From contig MU058584.1 in the NCBI GenBank assembly GCA_013265495.1, positions 7,902,407-7,966,406 on the forward strand: 64,000 nt of DNA. Direction: 5' to 3'. Of the stretch, positions 1 to 13,059 are shown piece by piece; positions within the stretch are counted from its first letter, which is position 1, and each line of letters opens with the position of its first letter. A program made the translations under genes and the position numbers. Below the pieces are notes generated by a model that was given only the letters and a program-made list of their open reading frames with translations, did not search any database and had not been told where the DNA came from. Source of the stretch: Vicugna vicugna (taxonomy: Eukaryota).

Positions 1-235
1 ATGCAAGACACGGGGCAGGGAAGGAGAGAGATATCTATGCACAGGAAACCTCTGTATTTAATATATTTAATATGTACTTGCTCTGAGATATTTCATTAAT
101 GGAAATGATATGCTGTCAGGCATGATGCTGGACAACTGGACAATGAGGAAGTGATACTGGATGATCACACTGTATTGGAACCCCAGGCAGGGTCCATGCC
201 TAGCCCAGGTACACGTGGTAGCTGCAGAGTGAAAG

Positions 236-265
236 AAAGAATGAATGAATGAATGAATGAATGAA
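236..265. repeat. (GAAT)n simple repeat, probable L2 3' tail
   Basis: Tandem GAAT units preceded by an L2-3'-end-like degenerate sequence. Confidence 0.7.
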
Positions 266-1489
266 CAGATGGCTGAGTGCTAAGACAAGTGTCAGTTCCC
301 ACTCTGTGGCTGTGAACACAGAGATCTCTCTTTGGATACACAAGTCTAGGAAGATGTGGAAAAGTGGAGAACACAGAAAATGTGTGTCTGTAAACCAGAG
401 AAAGGGACAGTGGGATAGGAGAAGAGATTTTGAGAGGTCTTGACACTTAGCTTCTGCCCTCAAGGCCTTCTGCGAAAGGAAGGGCTTTCTGCTGCCCTCT
501 GAGCACTTCCTCAGTATCCCACCCACCCCGCTGCCCCCCACTCTTCACTCTGTGGAGTTGGAGCGGGAACAGCAGACTCAACAGAAGGAGTGCTGGGGAA
601 AAGCAACTGCTTTATCAGCCACAGTTACTGGGTTGTTATCTGTGTCTTTATTCTCTGCCTGGCCCTCCCCCAAGCTTCCCTCTGTCCTGCATGGTCGTGG
701 TGATCAGCTTGTGCCCAAGGAGAGTAAGCAGGACTTTGCAGGAGGTTACACTGCTCACGTGTGTGCACACACACGTGTCAAGATGTAGGCTGCACACAAA
801 CACACGTTAGGATGCAACTGCAAGAGCAGTACTTACTGTGCAGAAATAAGGAAGGTGCAGAGCTGTGAGGAAAGTTAATTCAAAGCTGCGAGTTGAGAGA
901 AACCCCTACAGCTTTGTTCTCTCAGCCAAAATCCCCACCCTTAGAAGCCTGGAGCCAAGCAGTGCCCGGCCCGGGGCTGAAATCTCCCTTTCTTTACAGT
1001 CAAATTACCTTGATGTGTGAGCGATGAGATGTGTAAGGATGAAGTGCACTGTAAGATCAGGGCTCTCGTGGGTTAGAAGCTGATTGAGCCAGCTGTCAAA
1101 TGCTGTCCTGGGGGGGGGTGCATCTAGGTGTCTCAGTGTATGTGAAAACCAGTTCCGTCAGGGGAAGGGCGGACCCACTGTGGACGGCAAGATGCAAAGG
1201 TTAACCTCTGTAGTGGTGGTGGGGGCAGGTTTCTGAAGCTGGCAATAAAAAGGCAGCGAGGCTGGCCTCCATGCAGCGAGGCGTGGGACAGAAGACAGTG
1301 AGGGAGATGCCTCAGAAGGCTGACGGGGCATCTGTCAGGGGGCTGCCTCAGGGTACCTAAGCACAGGTGCCAAGGTGTGACCCAGGGAGGAGAGTCTGGG
1401 GAGGGGAGCAGGGCTTGGGAAGACAGCAGGGAGCAAAGCAGGGCCCGAGTGTCAGAGGAACGGGCATGTGGGCAGGGCCTCAAGGATAG

Positions 1490-1740
1490 AGGAATAAGAC
1501 CCCATTCCTGGACCCTGAAGATGCACAGCCTGCCTGGGTTTGAACCCAGGCTCTGCCATTTAATAATTGTGTTTATAACTTTGGAAAAATTATTTAACCT
1601 TCCTGAGCTTCCGTCTCCCTATCTGCCAATGGGGATAGTTAGCCTCACTGGGTTATATGGAGGAATCGACATGATGATCCATGTAAAGGATGTGGCTCAG
1701 TACTGAGCAGAGCGGGCACTCTGTGAATATTGATGCTCGT
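1490..1740 (+). mobile_element. MIR SINE remnant
   Basis: GCCTGGGTTTGAACCCAGGCTCTGCCA B-box region plus TTTAACCTTCCTGAGCTT...ATCTGCCAATGGGGATA core. Further MIR fragments occur near 3640-3850, 21550-21720, 24825-25000 and 30850-31170. Confidence 0.8.
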
Positions 1741-4708
1741 GGTACCTGGTAAACACATCTGTGGGCACCAGATGGTTGCTTGCTAATAAGAGCCAGGGAG
1801 TAACGTTAGAGCAGGGCCTGCAGCGAAGGTGGCAGGAGTGCAGGGCTCCTGTTACTTCCTGTTCAGAGCTCGGCCTGGTCCCAGAGCTCGGTCTGCAGCG
1901 TCACCGCCTGTCACGTGCGAGACGTTTTGGGAAGAGCGGGTGGATGGGCTCTGGAGCCAGGGGGTCACCAGAGCTGGGGGTGGCTGGCTGCTTGGATGCT
2001 GACACTGCCCGCGTGCCGGCTCAGGGCTGGCGGGGCTGCAGCGCGTGGAGAAGGGCCAGAGGGTGCAGGCAGCGCGGGCTTTAACTGTGTTCCTGTGTGG
2101 CTTGGTTTTTGGTCAATTGCAGCTGATTTTCTTAGGGTTTGGGTTCCTGTTTGGGTGAGACGGGCGTGCAGTCTGTTTCTGACTGATTTCCAAGAGCAGC
2201 CACTTTCAGCATCTCTGCTTTAGTTTTCTCTGTCACCGCGAGCCTGCGGGCTAGGAGGGGTCTCGGGAACCGGATCACGCCCAGTGTGCAAGCACCAGCC
2301 CGTGGCCAGCGAGGCCCCGCTCTCACTTTGTCCTCCTTCTTGCCAGTCCTTCCAATCCCCTCTCCCTCTCTGGTTTTCAGCCTCCCTTTCCTCACTGACC
2401 CTTTACTTTCTGCCTTGTACCTCCTTCACCTCCACCGTCCTCTGTCCACCACTTTACCTCTATGACTTTTGAGCTTTTAACCAGCCTCTCCATCATCGTG
2501 GAACCATGGTCTCTGGCACCAGAAGGGACCTCAGAACACCTAGTGCAGCCCTTGCCCCAGATCTCTGCCAGCGCAGCATTATCCCGTGCTGAGACGTCTC
2601 CCGGAGCTGGGGACTGACCGCAGCCCAGGGTGGCCCGTGATGTGTTTGCGGCACTTTGACTGTAAGCACAGTGGGTCCCACTGATGGAAGAGGTTGTGCC
2701 CCCTGCCTCTGAGGACCTTGGGGTCTAGTGGAGCTGAACCTTCCACTGTTTAGTTCTGGTTCTACTCCACGGGGTCTGCATAGATGAGCAGTACTTGAGG
2801 ACTATTTAGTAAACTTTCCCTGTGAGCCAGCCTCAGCGCTAGAGGTAACAGATTGCAAAACTGACAGGAAAGAGTCCCAGGAGTTAAAACTCTGCAGTTT
2901 AGGAAGTAGGAGAGGTTTCCAGGGACTTGGTGTGTTGAGTGCTGTAATAAACGGCTCTAGGAACTTCGAGGAAGGAGGGATTCGCGGCGCCTGGGAAGGC
3001 TTCACAGCGGAGGCGGTGTCTGATGAGCTGACTTAGGAAGGTGTAACTTGGGATATTGGGCTAAACCAGGCAGCTTGACTAAGATAAAACAGAATTCACT
3101 GTTGATGAAAGGATTGAAGGAATGGGCTGGAGTGATAGAGAAAGCCCTAGGGGATGGAAAAAACATCACATGTAACACGATGTGGGGACCACACACACAG
3201 GGCGGTGCAGGAGGAGTGCAGCTGTGGGGGTCCAGGTTCCTGTTGTGGAAGAACACAGACTGACTGGGCCCCAGAGTTACCTCTTCTGTCAACCGAGCAG
3301 GTGACAGCACTTGGGCGGCCTGTCTTGTGGTTGGGGGTGGGGTCTGAGTACCTCAGTTCAAGCCTCGGTGCCTGAAATATGGCACGTTTAGGGAGCTAAG
3401 TGGAGCTAGTGGTTGAGAGCGTGGCTTCAGAGGCAGGTAGACCTTATAAAACCAGGAGGTAGGGAGCAGTGGGGGGCGGGAGTGTGGGGGTTTCAAAGTG
3501 AGAATGAGAAACTTCCACATGGAATTCAGGTTTCCCAGAACACTCAGTAGGGATTTTGATGGTATGTGTTTGGGGAGGGGAGCTCATTCGGGTATGTAAG
3601 AATCTGCAGGGACAAGGGGGCAGCTGTGAGGAGAAGGAAAAGCTAGAGTGACAGTTTGGTCTGGTAGGAAGACCTGAATTCAGACCGAAGCTCAGCCTCT
3701 TCGTGGGTTCTTCAACTTCTCCGGGTCATTTGTAAAAGGGAGATAATAATTCTTACCATGGAAGGCAGCTTGAGAGTACATAAAGTAACATACAGGGTTC
3801 CTAGCTTAGCGCCTGGCACATAGTATTTGCTAAGTAAATGTTTCTTTCCTTCCCCTTTGCCTTCCCACCCACCCCGACAGAACACTGAGTTAGCGATTGA
3901 CCAAGGGGGACAGAAAAGACCGGGTGAATCTGAGAGAATGTGAAGATGACACCGGGGACGGGACCCACCAAATGAGCTCCTAAAGGAATGGTGCCTGACC
4001 CTGGCTGTGTCTGCATCTCTGTGCTGCTTTGCACGTAGTAGGTGCTCAAGACATGTATGGGTGAAACTGAACAGAAGCGAGTGCTTACTGTTTTTCACTT
4101 CCAGGCATGTAAGATGGGCTGGGGAGGCACTGGGAGACAGGACAGGTTTTTTTCTTCCCAACTCTCCCAACACTGGCTGTGGTCTCAGGAGAATCCGGTG
4201 CTCAGGTCCACATCTGTGAAAGCAGGACGATCTCCTCCTTATTTCAGCTTTGAGATTCTAGAGCCACATAAGGTTTCCGGTTGGTAAAACAGCCCTGCAA
4301 CTGGTTTGCAAATAAAACTCAGAGGAGAAAGCGCCTCCTTTGTCAAATAACGAACTAGTACGAGGCCTGGGGCTCTTCACGCAGTAGGCTGAGGCCATTC
4401 CCAAGGTCCGAGACAGACAGCAAAGCACACGCCAGACTCAGAGGCTGTGTGCTCAGAAGTTGCTTCTTTTGAGACCTCCAGGATGGAAGGCCCTGGAGGA
4501 TCCAGCTGCATTGCCCTGAGCAACATCTGCTAGACGCCCAAAGGAAACAGTGGGTGACAAAAAACAACGACTTTGACATTTAAGTCAGTCCTTAGTGCAT
4601 GTGACTTTCCCACAAACCCACCATGACACATGTTTTTGCAGTGAGGCATTTCAAACATCAGTAAGGGGTTCATAAAAGAGCCCACAAGACCCATGCATTT
4701 CTAATCTT

Positions 4709-7700
4709 TTCTTCTAGTTTTATTGAGGTACAATTGATAGACCGCACTGCATATGTTTAAGATGTACAGCATAATGATTTGACTTACGCACATCACGAAA
4801 TGATTATCACAGTAAATTTAGTGAACATCCATCATCTCCTATAGATGTAAGATTAAAGAAATGGAAAAAACTTTTTTCCTTAAGATGAGAACTCTTACGA
4901 TTTACTCTCTTAACAACTTTCATACGTAACATATAGCCAGTGTTAATTACATTTATCATACATGTATTATATCCCTAGTGCTTATTTATCTTATAACTGG
5001 AAGTTTGTACCTTTTGACTGCTTTCATCCAACCCCTCCTCCCCCAAGACCCCGTCTCTGGTGACCACAAATCCGATCTCTTTTTCTATGAGTTTGTTTGT
5101 TTTGGAAGTATAATTGATCTGTAACACTATGTTAGTGACTGTTAGTTGATATTTATATACTTGCCAGAATGATCACCATGGTAAGTCTAGTAACAAATGC
5201 CGCCATATAAAGATATTGCCTAATTCTTGACTGTATTCTCCAACTGTACATTTCATACCTGTGACTTATTTATTTTGCAGCTGGGAATTTGTACCTCTTA
5301 ATCTCCCTCACCTATTTCTTTCCCTGCCTTTTCCTGTCTGGCAACCATCTGTTTTTCTCTATATCTACGATTCTATTTCTGTTTTCTTATGTTTGGTCAC
5401 TTGCTTTTTAGATTCCACATATAAGTGAAAGCATATGGTATTTGTCTTTCTCTGTGTGACTTATTTCACTTAGCATAATATCTTCTTGGTTCATCCATGT
5501 TGTTACAAATGGCAAGATTTCATCCTTTTTTATGGCTGAGTAATATTCCATTATATATGTCTATTTCATATCTTCTTTATCCATTCATCTATTGGTGGGC
5601 ACTTGGGTTGCTTCTGTATCTTGACTATTGTAAATAAGGCTGCAATGAATGTAGGGGTGCATGTAACTTTTCTAATTAGTCTTTTACTTTTCTTTAGATA
5701 AATACCCAGGAGTGGAATTGCTGGATCATATAGTAGTTCTGTTTTTAAGTTTTTAAGGAACCTCCATATTGTTTTTTCATAGCAGCTGCACCAATTTACA
5801 TTCTCACCCACAGTGCATGACGTTTCCCTTTTCTCCACATCCTTGCTAGCACTTGTTATTTGTTGTCTTTTTGATAATACCCATTCTGACAAATGTGAGG
5901 TGATTCACTGTGGTTTTGATTTGCATTTCCCTAATGATTAATGATGTTGAGCATCTTTTCACATGCCTGTTTGCCTTCTGTATGTCTTCTTTGGAAAAGA
6001 TGTCTATTCCAATCTTCTGCCCATTTTTCAATTGTTTATGTTTTTGATGCTGAGTTGTATGAGGTCTTCATATATTTTGGATATTAACCCCTTATTGATA
6101 CATCATTTGCAAATATCTTCTCCCATTCTCTCCCATTTAGTAGGTTGGCTCTTTATTTTGTTGATAGTTTCCTTCACTGTGCAAAAGCTTTTTAGTTTGA
6201 TGTAGTCCCATTTGTTTATTTTTGCTTTTGTTTTCCTTGCCTGAGGGGACATATCCAAAAAAAAGAAAAATTACTAAGACTGATGTCAAAGAGCTTACTA
6301 TTTTATATTTATTTCTAGAAATTTTGTGGTTTCAGGTCATATGTTTAAGTCTTTACCCCATTTTGAATTTATTTTTGTGCATGGTGTGAGAGAGTAGTCC
6401 AGTTTGATTCTTTTATGTGTAGCTGTTCAGTTTCCTCAACATCATTTATTGAAGAGGCTGTCTTTTCTCCATCATATATTCTTGCCTCCTTTGTCATAGA
6501 TTAATTGCCCATAAAAATATGGGTTCATTTCTGGGCTCTCTATTCTGTTCCATTGAATTAGTGTCTGTTTTTGTGCCAGTACCAGACTGCTTTGATTACT
6601 GTAGCTCTGAGGTATAGTTTGAAATCAAGGAGTGTGTTACCTTCAGCTTTGTTCTTTCTTCAGGTTGCTTTGACTCTTCAGGGTCTTTTGGGTTTCCATA
6701 ACAATTTTAGAATTATTTCTTCTAGTTCTGTGAAAAATGCCATTGGTATTTTTATAGGGATTGCATTGAATATGTAGATTGATTTGGGTAGTATTGTCAT
6801 TTTAATAATATTACTCCAATCCATGAACACGGGATATCTTTCCATCTGTTTGTGTTGTCTTCACTTTCTTTCATCAGTGTCTTATAGTTTTTGGAGTACA
6901 GGTTTTTTACTTCCTTCATTAGATTTATTTTTATTCTTTTGATGTGACTGTAAGTGGGATTGTTTTCTTAATTTCTCTTTTTGATAGTTCATTGATAGTG
7001 TATAGATATGCAACAGATTTCTGCACATTAATTTTGTATCCTGAAACTTAACTGAATTCGTTGGTGAATTCTAATAGTTTTTTTTGATGGTGTCTTTAGG
7101 GTTTTCTATGTATAGTATCATGTCATCTGCAATCAATGACAATTTTAGTTCTTCTTTTCTGATTTGTATTCCTTTTATTTATTTCTCTTGTCTGATTGCT
7201 GCGATTAGGACTACCAATACTATGTTGAATAAAGATGGCAAAAGTGGCAATCTTTGTCTTGTTCCTGATCTTAAAGAAAATACTTTCAACTTTTCACTGT
7301 TGAGGGTGATTTTAGCTATGGGCTTGTCATACATGGCCTTTATTATGTTCAGGTATGTTCCCTTATACCCACTTTGTGAAAATTTTTATCATAAATGGAT
7401 GTTGAGTTTTGTCAAAAGCTTTTTCTGCATCTGTGGAGTTGACTTTATGATTTATTATTTAATGTATTAATGTTGTGTATCACATTGATTGGTTTGTGTA
7501 TATTGAACCATCCTTGCATCCCTGGGATAAATCCCACTTGATCATGGTGTATGATCCTTTTAATATATTGTTGAATTTGGTTTGCTAGTATTTTGCTGAG
7601 TATTTTTGCATCTGTGTTCATCAGTGATATTGGCTTATAATTTTCTTTTTTTGAGATATTGTGTCTAGTTTTGGTATCAGAGTAATGCTTGCCTTGTAGA

Positions 7701-8169
7701 ATGAGTTAGGAAGCATTCCTTCCTCTGCAATTTTTTGGAATAGTTTGAGAAGGCTGGATGTTAACTCTTCTCTAAATATTTGGTAAAATTAATCTGTGAA
7801 GTCATCTGGTCCAGTTTTTTAAATCACTAATATATTTTATTACTGGTAATTGATCTTTTCATATTTTCTACTTCTTCCTGGTTCTGTATTGGGAGACTGT
7901 CCATTTTATTAGCATTTAGTTGTTTGTAGTAAATCTTTTATGATCCTTTGTATTTGTGATGTCAGTTGTAACTTCTCCTTTTTTATTTCTGATTTTATTG
8001 ATTTGGGCTCTCTCTCTTTTTTCTTGATGAGTCTGGCTAAATGTTTATAAATTTTGTTTATCTGTTCAAAGAACCAGCTCTTAGTTTAGTTGATCTTTTC
8101 TGTTGTTTTTTTTTTTTTTCAGTCTCTATTTCATTATATTTCTGCTCTGATCTTCATTATTTCTTCAGA
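4709..8169 (-). mobile_element. 5'-truncated, decayed LINE-1 (3' part of ORF2 plus 3' UTR)
   Basis: Minus-strand ORF fragments ([31 protein letters not shown]) are L1 ORF2 C-terminal motifs, with frameshifts. Degenerate TSD CATTTCTAATCTT (4696-4708) / CATTTCCAGTCTT (8170-8182). Confidence 0.93.
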
Positions 8170-9322
8170 CATTTCCAGTCTTAATAGATATTGTTCCTAT
8201 CCCACCTTCTTACTGTCTTGCAAACTGTAGGCTCCCAGCCCTATATACTTGGGAGCACTGTTTGTTCCTAGGGTAGTCTTGAGCATTCTTGTTTCATAAT
8301 CACTCTCATATTGTGTCCTTTTTGGATTAGAATTTTGGCTCAAACACCAGTAGGCTGTGTAACTTTAGGCAAGTCACTTAACCTATTTAAGTGTCAGGTT
8401 CCCAATCTATATTCATATAATCAACAGATATTTATTGAGGGCCTCTAATACCAGACACTATTCTAGGCTTGGAATTCATATTTAGCCATTTCTCTTTGAG
8501 AAATTCAGATAGTTAGTCATTGATAAGATTTGGTAACCAATGTGACCTCCAATTCTGTTCCTAGTTGTGCACAGTGCATCACTGTGCTTGCATATGGGGA
8601 CTGAGAAGAAGAGATAGTCAATCTGTAGGGCCACCACCAACTTACCATGTTAAGGTCAGCCACCAGGGTTCCAATGCAAGGGGACTTGATGAGCCTCTTA
8701 AGAGAAAGTGAATGCACTCAATGGTATTAAAACTTTTGAGCCAGGAGGGAGGGCAGAGTCTCTCCCTGGCTTCTTGGGACATACTTTGGATGGCAAGGAG
8801 GACATCTGGAGACAGGAAAGACAAAGGGTACATAGAATCCAACTGGATTATTAATGAGAATAGATGCCTGTGGGAATAAGCCGGTGTGTTTCCTTTCAGA
8901 TGTCTTCTGACTTGTCTCACGGTTTAAAAGCCAAAAATTGATAAGAAATTGAGAAAGTGAATGAGTTGTAACTTGAGGAGTCTATTAAGTGTTTTAATAT
9001 TTATTTATTGAGTAAATATTAGTTGTCAGGCACTATGCTACATACAGTCAAGTATAGAAGATAAATATGATTTTATATCTGTATCTATGAACTTGTGATA
9101 AATACCAGAAAAGGGGAAAAAAGCGGAGTATTATGAGAGAGAATACTAACTGAAGTTACCTCATTTAGATGGAGTGACCAGTGAAGGCCTGTTTGAGGAA
9201 GGGACATTTAGTTTAGGACTAAACGGTTCTAGCCCCTGGTCAAATAAAAGTAGAGCAGAGATAGAGCAAGGAGTTTTCCAAGAAGCATCTCAGGCAAAGG
9301 CCCTGAGGTAGGAAAGAACATG

Positions 9323-9710
9323 TGTGAGCTGGCCTTGAGATGAGTTAAGGCTGTGGGACCCAAGGCCACGATCAGAACATGTTTGTAGCCCGCAGTAAAT
9401 AATGACTGTACGCATGCATCAATTATATAAGATTTAGGACAAAGAAAATAGAAATATACATGTACTAGAGATATTCTGTAAGCCTAATGAGCAAAGAAAT
9501 TCACATTACACATGTGCTGGTAGAGAACAGATAGAAGCAGGACAGGTGCATCATAGGCACGCGCACCTCCCTGTGGCAACAGAATAAAGTGTTGTTAACC
9601 CCATGGTGTCTCTGGCTGAAGTCTGTCCGACAGTATAGCAACTCTTCGTGTGTTTTTTCATTTGGGTCGCTCAGCTTCTAGAACCCCACGTCAGCCCTCC
9701 TCGGCTAACA
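9323..9710 (+). mobile_element. Solo LTR inserted in an L2 remnant
   Basis: TGTGAGC...GCTAACA inverted termini, AATAAA at 9583-9588, near-perfect 5-bp TSD ACATG/ACTTG. L2-like sequence resumes on both sides. Confidence 0.7.
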
Positions 9711-11121
9711 ACTTGCCATTTTTAGTGAAATGAAAGACCAGTGTGGCCTAAGTGTGGTGAGAGAAGAAGAGAATAGAAAGAGCTAAGTTGTAGAGTTAGA
9801 AAGAGCTCAGGTAATGCAGGGGCTTGGAAGTTGTGATAAAGAGTTCAGATTATATTCTAAAGGCAATGGGCAGCCATGAAGTGTTACTTTAAGCAGCAAA
9901 CGGACATGATCAGATTTACATTTGTATCAGTGACAACTGAAAGAGTGACATGACCCACCTCTGTGGAAGGTAGGGAAGTACAATGCTGTCATGCTTCTGC
10001 AATAAAGTCAACAGCAGACCAATAGCACAAGCAGAGTATCATCAGGAGATGGAGCACGAAGCACCACTGAATGAGATTGCAGAAGAATCTCAATTCCCAC
10101 CAAAGAGTCCTGTTCTGGACCTGGGACCCTCTTGCATTTATTATTTCAGCCAATAGATGTTCGAGTTTTTACACAGTGATGGTGAACAAGATAGACACAG
10201 TGTATCACATATAATTTGTTAATCCTCAGTACTGTCCCTATCTTTTTACCCTCTTCCCTGTCTCCAGGAGCATAAAGCCTAGAAATTACAATTCTACATT
10301 CTGTTGCAAGTAGAATCTGATTGGATTCCACCAATGAGAAGCAATTGCATGAGATTTGGAAGGTGGTGGAGCAGCTAGTGGTTGTCACAGCAGCTACTGA
10401 AAGGTGTGTTGGGGATAGTAGAGGCAGTATAAGGCTTTTCTGTAGCTTTCCGCTGTCCTGCAAGTGTTGCTGACAGCTGAAACTATTGTTATAGCATGTT
10501 TTGTACTTCAGAGTTTCCTTCCTGACCTTTGCTTGCCTAGTCTTTCATTCCTATGTTAATCCTTTCCCCACTTTGCACATTTAGAGTGTCTTCTGTTTTC
10601 CTGACCAGACTCCAATCAATATACAAAGGACAGGGAAAGAAAGGAAGTAGTTTTGGCATTTAATAATACTGTTACATGGGGTAGCAGGACTAAAGGACAA
10701 TTTTGGCTTCATTACTACTGTCATCCACAGCCTCTTGATTTTCCCCCTTCAACTTGCTATGACCTAGAGAAGCAAGAGTTATGCTTGATAGATTATCTCC
10801 CAACTCATCCTTTCAGACTAGAAAACAATGTCTAGGGACAAGATATAGCTGCCCATAGTCGCAGGTTACTGTTTTATAGAATTCTTAAGGTTTGGGGCAG
10901 TACAGAAGGAAAAGTAAAAGAATGAGGCATCAGGATTGGAAGGGAAGATTAAAAGTTGTCATTTTTGTCTATTGATAATGTATATCTGCATAGAAACCCT
11001 CCCAACCCAGAAATCAATAGACACACTATCAGAAATAAAAAGAAAGCTCTGCAAGTTTGCACGATTCAAGGTTATTTATTTCAAAGTAAAGAGCATTTAT
11101 TTAAACCAGATATAGTCATCC

Positions 11122-11653
11122 ATATTAGCTATCTACTGCTGCATAACAAATGACCCCAAAAATGTAGTGGCTTAAAATTACAAATATTTAGTATCTTAAA
11201 ATTCCTGTGGTCAGGAATTCAAGCTTGGTTTAGGTGGGTGTTATGGAACTGGATGTTTGTATCCCTCCCAAATTGATTTATCAAAACTCTATGTCCCAAA
11301 GGGATGGTATTAGAAGGTGAGTCCTTTGGAAAATAATTTGGATTAGATGACATCATGAAGGTGGAACCCTCATGAATGGGATTAGTGTCCTTATAAGAGT
11401 CAGGAGAGAGAGATTGCTTCCTCTCCTTTCCTGCCATGTGAGGATACAATGAGAAGTCAGCCATCTGCAGTGCAGAAGCTGCAGTCTTTTTATAACATAA
11501 TCTTGAAAGTGATATCTGAACACTTCTGCTGTATTCTATTAGTCAGAAGAAAGTCAGTAGGTCCAGCCCACACTCAAGGAGAGAAAGTCATGAAAGGATG
11601 TGAATACAAGGAGATAGGGCATCACTGGGGTCATCTTAGAGGTTGTTTACCAC
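11122..11653. mobile_element. Nested MaLR (MLT1-type) LTR remnants
   Basis: An MLT1A/MST-like segment (about 11239-11470; GGGATTAGTGTCCTTATAAGAG, GCCATGTGAGGATACA) interrupts an older, oppositely oriented MLT1-like element (GCTGCATAACAAATGACCCCAAAA...GTTTACCACA). Confidence 0.7.
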
Positions 11654-11831
11654 AAAATCTAAAAATATCACAGAAAATGATACTGTTTATAATCACAGCA
11701 AATTACAAAATATCAACCAATTAATCTAAGAAAGAATGGATAAGACCATCCTGGAGAAATGTTTTAAATGTCATAAAGAGCATGTGAAAAACTACGGATA
11801 GGGAAAAAACGTTGTAAAGAAAACACTTCCC

Positions 11832-12988
11832 TTCTCTTAGAAGAAATAAAAGCATGAATAAACAAATGGGACCTAATGCAACTTACAAGCTTCTGCACAG
11901 CAAAGGAAACCAGAAGTAAAACAAGAAGAAAACCTACGGAATGGGAGAAAATTTTTGCAAGTGAAACCGACAAAGGCTTGATCTCCAGAATATATAAGCA
12001 GCTCATACGACTCAATAAGAAAAAAATAAACAACCCAATCCAAAAATGGGCAGAAGACCTAAACAAGCAATTCTCCAAGGAAGACATACAAATGATCAAA
12101 AAGCACATGAAAAAATGCTCAATATCACTAATTATCAGAGAAATGCAAATCAAAACTACAATGAGGTATCACCTCACACCAGTCAGAATGGCCATCATTC
12201 AAAAATCCACAAATGACAAATGCTGGAGAGGCTGTGGAGAAAGGGGAACCCTCCTACACTGCTGGTGGGAATGCAGTTTGGTGCAGCCACTATGGAAAAC
12301 AGTGTGGAGATTCCTCAAAAGACTAGGAATAGACTTACCATATGACCCAGGAATCCCACTCCTGGGCTTGTATCCAGAAGGAAATCTACTTCAGGATGAC
12401 ACCTGCACCCCAATGTTCATAGCAGCACTATTTACAATAGCCAAAACATGGAAACAGCCTAAATGTCCATCAACAGGTGACTGGATAAAGAAGAGGTGGT
12501 ATATTTATACAATGGAATACTACTCAGCCATAAAAACCGACAACATAATGCCATTTGCAGCAACATGGATGCTCCTAGAGAATGTCATTCTAAGTGAAGT
12601 AAGCCAGAAAGAGAAAGAAAAATACCATATGAGATCGCTCATATGTGGAATCTAAAAAACAAAAACAAAAACAAACAAACAGAAACAAAGCATAAATACA
12701 GGACAGAAATAGACTCATAGACAGAGAATATAGACTTGTGGTTACCAGGTGGGTGGAGGGCAGGAAGGGATAGACTGGGATTTCAAAACTGTAGAATAGA
12801 TAAACGAGATTACACTGTATAGCACAGGGAAATATACACAAAATGTTATGATAACTCACAGAGAAAAAAATGTGACGATGAGTGTGTATATGTCCATGAA
12901 TGACTGAAAAATTGTGCTGAACACTGGAATTTGACACAACATTGTAAAATGATTATAAATCAATAAAAAATGTTAAAAAAAAAAACAA
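11832..12988 (+). mobile_element. Young 5'-truncated LINE-1 (ORF2 C-terminus, 3' UTR, poly-A)
   Basis: Uninterrupted 259-aa ORF 11876-12655 with the L1 ORF2 Cys-rich end ([23 protein letters not shown]). AATAAA at 12962-12967, A tail, perfect TSD AAAACACTTCCC (11820-11831 / 12989-13000). Confidence 0.96.
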
Positions 12989-13059
12989 AAAACACTTCCC
13001 CTTTGTTAGTGTGATTACGGTTAATAGTCCAGTGGAGAATTTTTAAGACTGTGATAGTT

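Noticed and set aside
5566..7470. Cluster of hydrophobic + strand ORFs
   Set aside because: They are antisense readings of a decayed T-rich L1.
11876..12655. 259-aa ORF as a host gene
   Set aside because: It is the C-terminus of L1 ORF2 in a 5'-truncated copy lacking promoter, endonuclease and RT domains.
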